A stretch of 50,896 nucleotides of DNA from the NCBI GenBank assembly GCA_048213135.1, contig PS015053.1, positions 33,682 through 84,577 of the forward strand. Direction: 5' to 3'. Shown here piece after piece: positions 32,501 to 45,877 of this stretch. The first letter of the stretch is position 1. Each line of letters opens with the position of its first letter. Source of the DNA: Reclinomonas americana ATCC 50394. Lineage: Eukaryota. Position numbers and translations under genes: made by a program. Below the pieces are notes generated by a model. The model saw nothing but the letters and a program-made list of their open reading frames with translations, ran no database searches and was not told the origin of the DNA.

Positions 32501-35500
32501 NNNNNNNNNNNNAGGGGGAGTGACGAGGGGGAGTGACGAGGGGGAGTGCAAGGGGGAGTGACAAGGGGGAGTGACAAGGGCGAGTGACAAGGGCGAGTGA
32601 CAAGGGCGAGTGACAAGGGGGAGTGACAAGGGGGAGTGACAAGGGCGAGTGACAAGGGCGAGTGACAAGGGCGAGTGACAAGGGCGAGTGACAAGGGCGA
32701 GTGACAAGGGCGAGTGACAAGGGCGAGTGACAAGGGGGAGTGACAAGGGGGAGTGACAAGGGGGAGTGACAAGGGGGAGTGCAAGGGGGAGTGACAAGGC
32801 GGAGTGACAAGGGGGAGTCAACAGAAAGAGAAAGAGAAGTAGGAAACGAGGAGAGAGGGGCGAAAGAGAAAGTGCAAGGTTCTCTCCCTCTTTCGCGCTC
32901 CTCATCCTCCTCTTTCCCATTCTCCCTCCCTTGACTTCCTGTTGCACCTCCTCTTGCACTAGAGAGAGTGTGTAGAACTAAGTAGGAATCGAGGGGAGAA
33001 GGCGCCTTCAATCACAGTATTCACACACAATCTCTTGTTCGAAGATATCTTAACCCTGCCGTTCTTAACCCACATACACGCACTTGTGCTTCCACTTTTC
33101 TCCCTACGCGCCATATCTTCACACTGCCATTCTCACCCACGCCACACTTCTCCCCGCCATATCTTCGCACTGTTGCTCTTAACCTACATACACGCACTCG
33201 TCCTTCCACTCCGCTCCCTTCGCGCCATATCTGCACCCTGCAGTTATTACATACAAGCACCTGTCCTTCTACTCTTCTCCCTTCGTGTCCTTTCTTCATC
33301 CTGCCATTCTCATCCACACCGCACTTATTCTTCCACTACATCCACTCTCCCCCTTTTGCGCCATATTCTCACCCTCTCTTCAAAACCCACGTCACTCTTT
33401 TCCTCCCTCCCTCCCTCCCTCCCTCCCTCCCTCCCTCCCTCCCNNNNNNNNNNNNNNNNNNNNNNNNNNNNNNNNNNNNNNNNNNNNNNNNNNNNNNNNN
33501 NNNNNNNNNNNNNNNNNNNNNNNNNNNNNNNNNNNNNNNNNNNNNNNNNNNNNNNNNNNNNNNNNNNNNNNNNNNNNNNNNNNNNNNNNNNNNNNNNNNN
33601 NNNNNNNNNNNNNNNNNNNNNNNNNNNNNNNNNNNNNNNNNNNNNNNNNNNNNNNNNNNNNNNNNNNNNNNNNNNNNNNNNNNNNNNNNNNNNNNNNNNN
33701 NNNNNNNNNNNNNNNNNNNNNNNNNNNNNNNNNNNNNNNNNNNNNNNNNNNNNNNNNNNNNNNNNNNNNNNNNNNNNNNNNNNNNNNNNNNNNNNNNNNN
33801 NNNNNNNNNNNNNNNNNNNNNNNNNNNNNNNNNNNNNNNNNNNNNNNNNNNNNNNNNNNNNNNNNCCACTACTTCTCACCTCTCTCAACCACGTCCTTTT
33901 CCTCCCTCCCTCCCTCCCTCCCTCCCTCCCTCCCTCCCTCCCTCCCTCCCTCCCTCCCTCCCTCCCTCCCTCCCTCCACTCTCCCCCTTTTTGCATCACT
34001 CACCCCACGACCCGCACCAGCCTTCCTCATGGCCGCCAGCATCAACTGCATGCTGATGCCATACTCGCAAAAGTACTGCACACGAACACGCGCAAATTTC
34101 AGCACCCACATCGACACACTACTCCACACACCGCGCGCGCACACGAAACATCCATGCGCTTGTTCTTGTTGACCATCTTCAGCCGATACAGCGTGTCGCT
34201 GAAAACCACCTTGGGGTCCACACCCTCCCGCCCGAACCGCTCGTACAGTGGCAAGACCGCGCGAACGTCGTTCGTCACTGTCCGACAAGGAAAGTGAGAC
34301 AGTTGTCACGAAGAAGAAGAGCAGCCGGAGCGCAACGCAACAAAGGGAAAACAAGCTTGCAGCAATCGGTCTCTTGCTCCACACCAACGGGTCGTCCTCC
34401 ACCGTGCGGAGTGCATCACGTTCGACAGCGCGCGACGCGTTCTTGTCGGCGCGGGAGGGCGGCTGCATGTGCAGCGTTCGCATCACATCCATGATGCTCT
34501 GTGTGTGCCGCAGTTGGTGAGCGAGAGCAGAAACGTACAAGAAACGGAGCAGGATGGACGCACCCCGTGCGCCGGTGTACCCGAGTACTTGCGCATCGCC
34601 ACCTGCGTGTCGTACACTTGCAGCGGCAACACGCCAAACTGGCAAATGAGAGCCGCAACCACACTCCGGCAGTCGTGCACCACCTTGACGAGCCGGTCGC
34701 TGGTGAGCAGCGCACTCAGTGGCGAGTCGGCCTTCAACAGTGCCGGGCACACAATAATGTCAAAGAGGAACACATGGTCGGCGGGGGTCGACACGGCCAG
34801 AATGCACAGTTTTCCACTGTGGCGAGGTGGTCAGAAGGAGGGAAGGAGAGATGAATGGAGGAAGAGGTGGTGTGGAACGCACGTGTAACTCAAGTCGTTG
34901 CCGTAGCCCTGCACGCCCACTGCATCCAACCTGCCGAGGTCGGCACACACGGCGCGGCCTTGTGCCTCCGTAGTCACCGTGGTGTACAAGGAGGCAGAAG
35001 GCGCGGACGACGACGATGGGCCTCCGCCACTGCTAGGCATCGCCGCCGACACGGTGGTCACCGTGGTCGTGGACGACGAAGAGGAGGCTTTCGGCGCAGC
35101 GGCTGAGGAAGGAGGCGGAGGAGGAGGAGGAGGAGGAGCGCGGGATGGAGGTCCGCCGGCTGCTGCGGTGGCGGGTCNNNNNNNNNNNNNNNNNNNNNNN
35201 NNNNNNNNNNNNNNNNNNNNNNNNNNNNNNNNNNNNNNNNNNNNNNNNNNNNNNNNNNNNNNNNNNNNNNNNNNNNNNNNNNNNNNNNNNNNNNNNNNNN
35301 NNNNNNNNNNNNNNNNNNNNNNNNNNNNNNNNNNNNNNNNNNNNNNNNNNNNNNNNNNNNNNNNNNNNNNNNNNNNNNNNNNNNNNNNNNNNNNNNNNNN
35401 NNNNNNNNNNNNNNNNNNNNNNNNNNNNNNNNNNNNNGCGGTGGAGCAGTAGAAGAGGAGGCGGTGGGGTCAATGTTGCCGCTGCCGGAGGCGGGTTTCG

Positions 35501-37743
35501 TGGAGGGTGGTGGTGCGGGAGCGGAGGCCGGGCGAGGGGAGATGGATTTGGCGGGAGGGCCGAGGGTGAGGGCTGTGAGGAGGGAGGAGGGGGTAAGAAG
35601 GGGAAGGGGGGTAAGAGGGGGAAGGGGGAGGAAGGGGAAGGGGGTAGAGGGAGAAGGGGGAAGGGGGAAGGGGGAAGGGGGAAGAGGGGAAGCGGGGAAG
35701 GAGAGAGACAAGAGAGACAAATGAGAGAGAAGAAGACAAATGGGAGAGAAGAAGACAATTGAGAGAGAAGGAGAAAAAAGAGAGGAGAGAAATAGGAGAG
35801 GAACGGAGAGAAAATCGAGGTAGGAGAGAAACGTGAGACAGAAGGAAGCAAAAGGAAAGAGAAGGGAAGAAAAAGGAGAGCGGAGGAGAGAGGGAGGGAG
35901 AGAGGGAGGAAGAGAGAGAAGGAGAGAAAATAAAGGAGAGATAATGAGAGAGAATGAAAGAGAGACGGAAAGCAAGAAAGCCGAAGCTGCAGTAGCAAGA
36001 ACTCTCAACGGAAAGAGGGCGAGGAGACATGATAAGGCTCTGTCACGAGTTGTCAACCGCGCTGTTGGCGTCAGCAATCATGCCAGAGATGAGGGCAGGA
36101 ACAATGCAACCAAGACGAAGAGAGCCGGAGAGAGAAGGAGAGAGAAGGAGAGAGAAGGAGAGGGAGGAGAGAGAAGGAGAGAAGGCGAAAGGGAGAGAGA
36201 GCAGCGTAGAGAGACAGAGAAGAGAGAGGGGGGGAAGGATCAAGACGCAGGCACATCGGCAACTGCTTACTCTTCTCGCACTCCTTGAGACGAATAATGA
36301 CACACTCGCCCTTTCCTTTCAGACGAATGATGACACACTCGCCCTTTCCTTTCCCTCATTTCGCCACTCACCATCAAGAGCTGCCTGCATCTCTCCCAGT
36401 GGACGCTCCAACTTGCGCAGCGTGGTCTGACTCGACTGCAAGCACTCCTGCATCGCTGGTGACATTTCCGTGCCGACAAACTTGTTCAGTCGTGACATGC
36501 CTTCGGTTGTCAGGCGGAGGGCGAAGCGGAGGGCGGACTGTGGGGAAAGGGGGGAATGAGGCAAAGGGGGAATGAGGCAAAGGGGGAATGAGGCAAAGGG
36601 GGGATGAGGCAAAGGGGGAGAGATGGTGAAGGTTTACGTTACTGAGAGAGTACAGAGGAGGGCAGAGAGAATGAGAAGGCGAGGAAGGACGAGGGATAAC
36701 GGCACAGAATCTTGAGAAGAGGAACAGCGAGAGGAGATAGAGAAGACGACTCGCCCGTCTTCGGTTCCCTTCTCTTATACTCTCTCGCTGACGCAAAGGA
36801 CGAAGGACGGATGAACATCAACAATTTGTTCTTCCCTTCCTTCATCGCTCATCCATTGTCTTCTCTAACACAACAGCACTTCGGAGGAACGCAGTGGACA
36901 ACAAGTACGTCGACCATCGCTCCATTATACACGTTACTAATGTTTCCTGCCCTCAATAACACTCTCTGTCTGCCCTTCATGTCCTTCCTCTCCCTCTCAA
37001 TATCCCTCCAATCACTTTATGCAACGCACTGACTTGATTACAAGAGAAGAGGCGAACGATTAAAGGCTTACAAATACCCTCCCTCCCATCGCTCTTGCGT
37101 ACCCTCCTCCCTCTCACATACACTGAGAAGACAACGGTCTGCCCTGCATCGCTCACTGGTTCCTCGCTTTCTCTGCGTTGCTGCATCCCTCTGATCGCTG
37201 CATACGATGCATCGACTCGTGGAGAAGAAGGTGGAAAGGAGAAAAGGCAGACAAATACCCTCCCTCCCATCGCTCTTGCGTACGTACCCTCCTCCCTCTC
37301 ACATACACTGCGAAGACAACGATCTGCCCTGCATCGCTCATTGATTCTTCGCTTTCTCTGCTTTGCTGCATCGCTGCATACGATGCATCGACTCGTGGAG
37401 AAGAAGGAGGAAAGGAGAAAAAGCAGACAAATACCCTCCCTCCCATCGCTCTTCGATCCTCCTCTCTCATCCGACTCACCTGCAACTTCGCAATCGACGG
37501 ATCGCGTCCCACCGCACCCCTCTCCCCAGCAGACACCTGCAACTGCTGATGCGACTGCTGCTGCTGCGACTGCTGCGAAGGCGGCGGAGGAGGATGAGGA
37601 GGACGCTCGGCCGACAATCGCCACTCGCCGCCATTCCGCGAACGTCGCATACGTCGACTACGGCCCTCCCCGACGTTCCCGCTTCCCGCGCCCTCGCTGC
37701 TGCGTCCTGCACCGCCGCTGCCGCTGCTGTTGCCACGTCGCAT
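28117..37743 (-). CDS. EXD1/Egalitarian-like 3'-5' exonuclease-domain plus UPF1-like (SF1B, AAA_11/AAA_12) helicase protein
   Basis: Exonuclease-like exons ~34230-34935 (GKLCILAVST, VFLFDI, LVKVVHDCRS, QVYDTQVA, WSKRPI, NDVRAVLPLY). Helicase motifs: GEAGTGKT 31211-31234, CAPNDAAVD, LIVDDAGE 30769-30783, LSRQYRFSP, VDDFQSSE, RVSVASTRASELFVVVGN; stop at 28117-28119. The start at 37743 and N-terminal exons are less certain; gaps at 32437-32512, 33444-33865 and 35178-35437. Confidence 0.8.
32120..32820. repeat. Intronic G-rich minisatellite of 12-13 bp units (GGGGGAGTGACAA / GGGCGAGTGACAA / GGGGGAATGCAA)
   Basis: Direct inspection; variants occur in homogeneous blocks; interrupted by a gap. Confidence 0.95.
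37071..37453. repeat. Intronic ~180-bp tandem duplication (two full units plus start of a third)
   Basis: CAAATACCCTCCCTCCCATCGCTCTT at ~37071, ~37252 and ~37428. Confidence 0.9.
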
Positions 37744-39284
37744 GCGACCGCCCTGCTTGTGAGTGATCGAATGAATGAATCAGTGAATCTGCGATGGGTG
37801 CGGGGTTTTTTCGCAGAGATTTCCATTGCGCGTAACTCGATGAGAGGAGGAGCTGCCCGGTGGAGCTGACGATGAAGACGATGAAGGAGGAGGTTGTGAG
37901 CCTGTGTGTGTGTGTGTTGTTTTTGTCAGAGTGAGTGTGTGAGACATTTCCGACGAGTTTTCGACGGGTTTTAGCCTGCCTCTCACTGTGTGCGTGTGCA
38001 GAGTGTGCGCGTGTGTGCGTGCGCGTGTGCATCGCACAGAGCATGGAAAGAGAGACAACGAGCACTCGGGCGAGGTGGCGCGTGCCATGTCCTTGATCTG
38101 GACCTTCTCCTCTCTCCCTTGCTATTCTTTCTGTGCCTCTCTTCGTGGTGCGCTCACCTGAAGGCCCTCCGTTGCCCGACATGTGCGTGCGTTGTGCGAG
38201 TGTGCGAAAAAATGGGGTTGCGGTCTACGGTGCGAATCTACAGAACGGCGGAAACGGTAACTGGATGGGTGCGTCGCTGGTCGTTTCTGGGAGTGGAATG
38301 ACTTTGAGATATGTGGCAGAAGTGGAAATTCGTCGCGCAGATAGTGGAATAAGAAGGGGGGCATGCCGTGTGGTGGAATTTTGAAGTCTGCAATTTTGAG
38401 ATCGCGAGTTCAAAGCCGCGNNNNNNNNNNNNNNNNNNNNNNNNNNNNNNNNNNNNNNNNNNNNNNNNNNNNNNNNNNNNNNNNNNNNNNNNNNNNNNNN
38501 NNTACTCGGTGCATCGCGGTAATCGGTTCCACAATGACCATCCGTCAACATACACACATCCGGGCGGGTGGGTGGGCCACCACGGAAGTGCCAACCAGGT
38601 GGCTTGCTCTCGTAAGAGAGGAAGCCTACAGAAGCAAGGAACTGAAGGAGAGGACACTACAGTTATGGATTGTCCTCGACTTCGTGTTCCGCAGCTCAAC
38701 ACTTCCATCAAGACACCAATCTTGAGGCAGCAGCAGGTTCCTTGTGTATGTGTGTGTGTGTTCGCTCTCGGAGCTCCGAACAAGTTGAGAACCGCGATCT
38801 TCACCGCATAAGCGTGGTTGACCAGTGGATTTGACGCGCTTGCATAGACGCATAGCGTTTTCTGCGATCGTACACGGCACATCGAATTTCGAATTCGGGA
38901 AAAGGCCATAAGCCAGGCAAACAAAGCAAAGCCGAGTTCAGTTCGATGAACTGCAAGCATAGCAGTGGAGGCTACGCGACCGATGTGACGCTGCGGTTGC
39001 GCATGCAAAGGACGTCGACGTGATCGCGATCGCGCTATCGATCTCGCTGTCAACGTGCGCGTCACAGTCTGCAGCTGCATGTGGCGTCGTCATTCCCTAA
39101 CACTCCTCTCCCCCTTCCTTCCCCTCTCTCACTCACACTCCTCTTCTTCTTCCCTCACATCACGACTTGTCACCATTTTCATCTTGCTGTTCGGATCAAC
39201 GAATCTTCATTCTCTCTCTACTCTCCGTTTCTTGCGTCACGCAGTGTGCGCGTGTGTGCGAAACAACAGCAAAGACACACACAA

Positions 39285-39825
39285 ATGGCCGCTCGACGTC
39301 CACCTCCACCTCCACGCCCTCACTCAACAACAACAACTCCTTCGCTGCCAATGTCTGCCTCTTCTCCGTGCGACGACGAGAAAGCAGACATGATGCTCGT
39401 CGACAGCAAGCAGCATGTGACGATGATGATGATGATGCATTCCTCCTCTCCTTCCATCAACATCAATGATGATGATGCGGAGAAGAAGAAGAGCGCATCG
39501 GGGTTGTCTGCTCATCGTGGTGTGCCTGCGATGGCGAGGCGACGATTGCCTGTCTCCTNNNNNNNNNNNNNNNNNNNNNNNNNNNNNNNNNNNNNNNNNN
39601 NNNNNNNNNNNNNNNNNNNNNNNNNNNNNNNNNNNNNNNNNNNNNNNNNNNNNNNNNNNNNNNNNNNNNNNNNNNNNNNNNNNNNNNNNNNNNNNNNNNN
39701 NNNNNNNNNNNNNNNNNNNNNNNNNNNNNNNNNNNNNNNNNNNNNNNNNNNNNNNNNNNNNNNNNNNNNNNNNNNNNNNNNNNNNNNNNNNNNNNNNNNN
39801 NNNNNNNNNNNNNNNNNNNNNNNNN

Positions 39826-39869
<44 letters not shown>

Positions 39870-41908
39870 TCTTCTTCTTCTTCTTCTTCTTCTTCTTCTT
39901 CTTCTTCCTCATGAATTGTCGAAGCTTCATTCCCTGTTGCAGAGCCAGGTGGCTTCTTGAAGGACAAGAAGAAGAAGAAGAAGAAGCACACAGACGAGAT
40001 CACAGCCGCCATTGCCGCCGCCCAAAGTGACGCTGAGCAGGGTGCGTCCCTCTCTCTCTCTCTCTCGTGCAGTCATTGGTGCTCTCGTGTCTCGAAATGT
40101 CTCACCTGGACGGTGCATACACACAGCGATGGAAGGCATCGTCGAGGTACAGTGATTGTGTGTCATCCCAACATGAGCGTGTCTCACACTTACCTTCTCT
40201 CTCGCTCTCTCTCTCTCTCTCCCTTGGCATGATTGCACAGCAGCATGCGAGGAGACGGCGAGTCGACTCGTCTCTGGTGGATCACAGCGAGGACTTGCTT
40301 GCACGTGACTCAGTTGAGACATCGGTCCGCAAGCGTTCTCTGGAGGTGAGCTCTGATGCGGCACGCGTCTCACTTTGCCTCTCGCTCGTGCATCGCTGTC
40401 GACACCTGATTTTTGCTGCGCTTCTATGCAGGTGGATGCATCCGGCGACGATGAGCTTGCGCCAAAGAAGAAGAAGAAGAAGGTGTGAATTCTGTGGCTG
40501 ACGTTGTTGTGCTTACTCATCGATGTGCATTGGGTTCTTTTGTGTCAATGATGCATGTTGCTGATTCACATCGCGGCAATACTCGCGCTGCTAAGAAGCC
40601 AGAGGAGTTGAACACAGACGAGAAGCTGTTGCTGAACAAGCTGCTTGTTGCGTGTGTATGCTCTCTGTCATCATTTTAACCCATCGTGCTCCTCCTTTTC
40701 CTTTTCGATGTACTCAACATTCTTCATTGGTCACTCGCAGCGGTGCAATCGGAAGAGGGTTTTGGTGAAGGCATTCGGCCTCATGGCACCCATTGTTCAG
40801 GAATCCACCGTCGTCCACCATCAGAGCGTTGTCTTCGAGATGGCCTGTGACGAATGCGGAATTCCATTGTCGGAGCCGTCGTCTGCAGTCAAGTGTGCAT
40901 TTGGCAAGAGACTTGGCAGGACTGCAAGTGATTCGCGCAGCAAAACACCCAAATCAGTGGAGGGTGTGCTACATCGCGTGAGCAACTACATCGAGGTGAG
41001 CGAACATACGTGGTGACGAGCATGACATGTGAACCAACATGCAGATGATTGCAATCTGCAGATGAGCCAGCTCAGTGACGCGGCTCTGGTGGATGCTGTT
41101 GAGAGACCACTGATTGTGGTGGATGAGCGCGGGCATTCGGAGGTGCATTGTTTTGCATGATCTTCAGTGGCTGTTATGATCGTGTCCATTGATTTTCACC
41201 CTCAACCTCGTGTGGCAGGAATCATGGGCGAAACTGCGTTCGCAGAACAGGAACATGATTGACCAGCTTCTGCCATTTGTCAAGCAGGCCACATATGTGA
41301 TGCGCGAGTGTGATGGTCTCATGGCTGCTCTGCTTCGAGACAATCACCTCACTGAGGCCGAGATAGCACGTGCCGTCACGTGGTGCCGATCGACAGGTCT
41401 GCAATCTCATACCGCTGTTGGTGTTGCTGGTGTTGGCGTTGACCAGCACCGCGCAGAATATGGCGATGTGAAGATGGTGGTGAAGAAGGAGGAGGAGGAA
41501 AATGACGGAGAGGGTAATGTCGTTAAGTTCGAAGACGATGACATCAAGGTATGCAGCAATAGTTCATGAGTAACAAAACTGCGGGCGCGCAAGTCTTCGT
41601 GGACCATCGATATCTTGTGCGTTCATAGGCGGATGCGGGGAGTGACGATGACGGAGAAACAAAGTCGAGCAAGGTACGGCGATGCCCGATGTTTGTGGAT
41701 GGTTGATGAGGCACCGGTGTTGATTGTCGGTATTGCTTGGGTTGTGCATTTGCAGCGCGTCAAGTGTGGTCGCCGTATGCCGGATGTGGATTTGAGCAAG
41801 GACGAGCGGATGCTGCTGGACAGACTGCATGTTGCGTGTGCGTGTCCACTGCACCTCAGCAAGGCAGAGTGATTGACTCAGCCATGGCTTTGCCTGTCAT
41901 AACACCTG

Positions 41909-41958
<50 letters not shown>

Positions 41959-44900
41959 CGAACGANNNNNNNNNNNNNNNNNNNNNNNNNNNNNNNNNNN
42001 NNNNNNNNNNNNNNNNNNNNNNNNNNNNNNNNNNNNNNNNNNNNNNNNNNNNNNNNNNNNNNNNNNNNNNNNNNNNNNNNNNNNNNNNNNNNNNNNNNNN
42101 NNNNNNNNNNNNNNNNNNNNNNNNNNNNNNNNNNNNNNNNNNNNNNNNNNNNNNNNNNNNNNNNNNNNNNNNNNNNNNNNNNNNNNNNNNNNNNNNNNNN
42201 NNNNNNNNNNNNNNNNNNNNNNNNNNNNNNNNNNNNNNNNNNNNNNNNNNNNNNNNNNNNNNNNNNNNNNNNNNNNNNNNNNNNNNNNNNNNNNNNNNNN
42301 NNNNNNNNNNNNNNNNNNNNNNNNNNNNNNNNNNNNNNNNNNNNNNNNNNNNNNNNNNNNNNNNNNNNNNNNNNNNNNNNNNNNNNNNNNNNNNNNNNNN
42401 NNNNNNNNNNNNNNNNNNNNNNNNNNNNNNNNNNNNNNNNNNNNNNNNNNNNNNNNNNNNNNNNNNNNNNNNNNNNNNNNNNNNNNNNNNNNNNNNNNNN
42501 NNNNNNNNNNNNNNNNNNNNNNNNNNNNNNNNNNNNNNNNNNNNNNNNNNNNNNNNNNNNNNNNNNNNNNNNNNNNNNNNNNNNNNNNNNNNNNNNNNNN
42601 NNNNNNNNNNNNNNNNNNNNNNNNNNNNNNNNNNNNNNNNNNNNNNNNNNNNNNNNNNNNNNNNNNNNNNNNNNNNNNNNNNNNNNNNNNNNNNNNNNNN
42701 NNNNNNNNNNNNNNNNNNNNNNNNNNNNNNNNNNNNNNNNNNNNNNNNNNNNNNNNNNNNNNNNNNNNNNNNNNNNNNNNNNNNNNNNNNNNNNNNGACA
42801 TCCGCAGCCTCGCATCATCAGCGGGTTCTGTTTGAACTCGCCTGCATGGAGTGCGGCATCCCTTCGTCAGGAGCTGGCAGTCCATCGTCCGCAGTAATTG
42901 AAGCATTCGGCAAGAGCCTTGGCAGTGCCGTCCAAGTCGCACGCTCCAACACACCCAGGTCAGTTGAAGGAGTGCTCCTGAGCATGAGCAACTTCATCGA
43001 GGTGAGCATCTGTCTGTTCTGTCTATCCCGCGCGGCTAGAAAGTGAGCCAACAACGATGCGTGTGCAACTCTGCAGAATAGTGAACTGCGCGGTGCTGCT
43101 CTAGTGGACGCCATTGAGAAACCACTGATATTGGTGGATGAACGTGGCCATTCGGAGGTGTGCCGACTTTCCCTTGTGCGCTCTTGCATTTAGCGATTTG
43201 TGTTGACTCACGGGCTTCTTTCACGATGTCGATCGTGCTGCAGGAATCATGGGAGATGATGGAGGGCAAACGGAAGGGCAATGACCGTCTCCTGCCTCTC
43301 ATTGCCCAAGCCGCGCAGGCCCTGCGTGAGTGTCCTGGCTTGCACGCGTTGCTGATTCGAGACGGCAGTCTCTCCAAGGAGGAGATCGAACGGGCCGCAG
43401 AGTGGTGTGCCGAAAGAGGTTTGATGGCGTCGGATGCGTTCTACTGTGTGCATTGTGTTAGGACTGACGAGTAAGATGCAGCTCTGCTGGAGGCGAAGGT
43501 GCTGAAGAAAGAAGAGATGAAGGAGGAGGAGGAATGGGAAGATGATTCAAGGGTCGACGGGGAAGACGATGAAGACGACGATGTGGATGAAGCTGACAGG
43601 AGGAAGGTATGGTCATGGATGATCAACCAAGTGCACGTTGTGGCAACATCTCATCTGTACATGCACAGCGACGAGGGAGTGGTCCTGCGACAATGAGCAG
43701 GGACGAACAACTGATGCTGGCAAGGCTGCTTGTTGCGTGTGTTTGCAGTCGAGTGTCCTTCTGCGTAAGTCGTCTTGCTCATTGTGTGTTCATCGCACCA
43801 TCCATGTGTTTCATGCGAGAGCAGTGCTGCAACAAGAAGAAGATACTCGTGACGGCATTTGGAATCATGGCGCCTTGTGTGATGGAATCCACTGTCCGTC
43901 ATCATCAGCGCGTTCTTGTCGAACTCGCCTGTAAGGAGTGTGGCTTCCCCTCGTCGAAAGCAGGACGGCTTTCGTCGGCAGTCGTCAACTCATTTAGCAA
44001 GAGTCTTGGCTTTGCCGTAGAATCTGCACGCACGAAGACGCCCAAGTCAGTTGAGGGAGTGCTCCAGATGATGAGCGACTTCATTGAGGTGAGCAGCGAT
44101 CATCTTCTTGCGCAAGTTTATCAATGATGAGCGCTAACAAATGTGCCATTATGCAGAGAAGTGAACCGCGCGTTGCGGCTCTGGCGGATGCGATTGAGAG
44201 GCCGCTGTTTGTGGTGGATGAACGTGGTCATTCGGAGGTGTGGTTTCCCCGCGCTCAGTGTGCTCTGAGCACGCGTCGTTTCTCACGTTCTGTGCTTCTA
44301 AATTCGGATGTCAGGAGTCGTCGCGCTTGGCGAGGGCGCCGCACAGCAACAAGCGGAGTCCTTTTTTGCCATTCGTCACACAGGCTGTGGATGCTCTCCA
44401 CAACTGCCCGGGTCTGCTGGTCACTCTGCTTCGAGATGGTTGCCTTTCCGAAGCGGAGATTACCCGTGCCGTCAAGTGGTGCCGTGAACGAGGTTTGGTT
44501 GCGTGACACACATTGTTGCAAATTGTGAATACTCTGACGAACAGGCGACAGTTGTGAGGGAGATGGAGACTGCGACGAGAGAGGAGAAGAGGGATGAAGA
44601 GCAGGAGGATGATGATGACGGCAGCGAGAATGAGGACGATGGGGAGGGGAAAAGGAGACACAAGGTACGCCCATCTCTGCTATCTATGAAACGAGAATGA
44701 TGGGTGCATTTCAAACGGCATGGTTCGCAATCACAGCACCACACGAGTGGCCTTGCAAAGTTGAGCGTCAACGAGCAACTGATGCTGACGAGGCTACATG
44801 TTGCGTGCTGTTGTTACCTCGCTGCTCGGCTCCTCACTCTTGCTCACCCAACGAACATGCGAACAGGGCTGCAACAGGAAGAAGATGCTGGTGAAGGCAT

Positions 44901-45700
44901 TCGGTCTAATGGCTCCCATGGTGCTGGCATCAACGATCCTCCATCATCATCTTGTTCTCTTCCAGCTTGCCTGTGACGAATGCGGAATGCCATCGGGGGG
45001 ACCGGGAAGTCCATCATCTGCAGTCTTGTCTGCATTTGGCAAGAGGCTTGCCAATAGTGCCAACACGGCACGCAATGGGACGCCCAAGTCGGTTCAAGGT
45101 GTGCTGGAGAGTGTGAGCACCTTCATCGACGTGAGTACCAGTGTGTTATTTCTGTGTCACTTCCGATCGTGACGTTCTGTTGACTGACTTGAGTTCAATA
45201 TATGCGGGATCATCAGAAGAGCGGTCTTCGAGGAGCTGCGCTGGTGAATGCTGTCGAGAGACCACTGATTATGATTGACGACCTTGGCTATTCTGAGGCA
45301 TGTCTCCTGGTTGTGTGGTTCTGTGAATTGATGTTAGCTGCTCACTTTCTCGTTTCTCGAGTGACAGGAATCAGCAGAGTTGCCGAAGTTCAGCAAGTCA
45401 AATGTTCTTATGCCATTTGTCACGCAGGCCATGCAGCTGCTCCATAACTGTCCTGGTCTTCTGGCTACACTGATTCGTGACGGGTGCCTTTCAAAGGCGG
45501 AGATTGAGCGTGTTGGTGAGTGCTCCAAATGCACCAGTCTGGGAGCTTCTGTTGTTGTTGCATATCGTGCCACCTTCAGCACTGACTCGCATGATGCAGT
45601 GGTGGGTGACGAGAAGCCGGGGAAGATGGAGGTGGTGAAGAAAGAGGAGGAGGAGGAGGAGGAGGAGGACGAGATGGAGGATGAGGAGGAGGACATGTAA
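39285..45700 (+). CDS. Repeat-domain family paralogue D (4 visible domain copies), dispersed copy
   Basis: ATG 39285; core exons 40741-40995 (9-nt in-frame deletion), gap-43001, 43825-44088, 44867-45130; ends EEEDM-TAA at 45698-45700. One acceptor is mutated (CAG to CAT at 40569-40571), so intactness is uncertain. Confidence 0.75.
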
Positions 45701-45877
45701 AGCAAGCAGTTCAAGTTGGTGATGGAGGTGGATGTGTGGAGCAAAACACTGCCGTGGATGGTCGATGACTCCAAGTGACAGGACTTGATTGTGTTGTGCG
45801 GAAATTGGAGTGCGCGACAGCCGGCTATGAGAGGGAAGGATGCAAGCAGCACATGCATGTTGCTGTGAGATCGATCA

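Noticed and set aside
38180-39080. Complex non-repetitive spacer considered as rRNA/snRNA fragment, transposon end or short gene
   Set aside because: No recognisable RNA-gene motif, paired inverted repeat or convincing protein motif could be established by eye; an Rfam/BLAST search would be needed.
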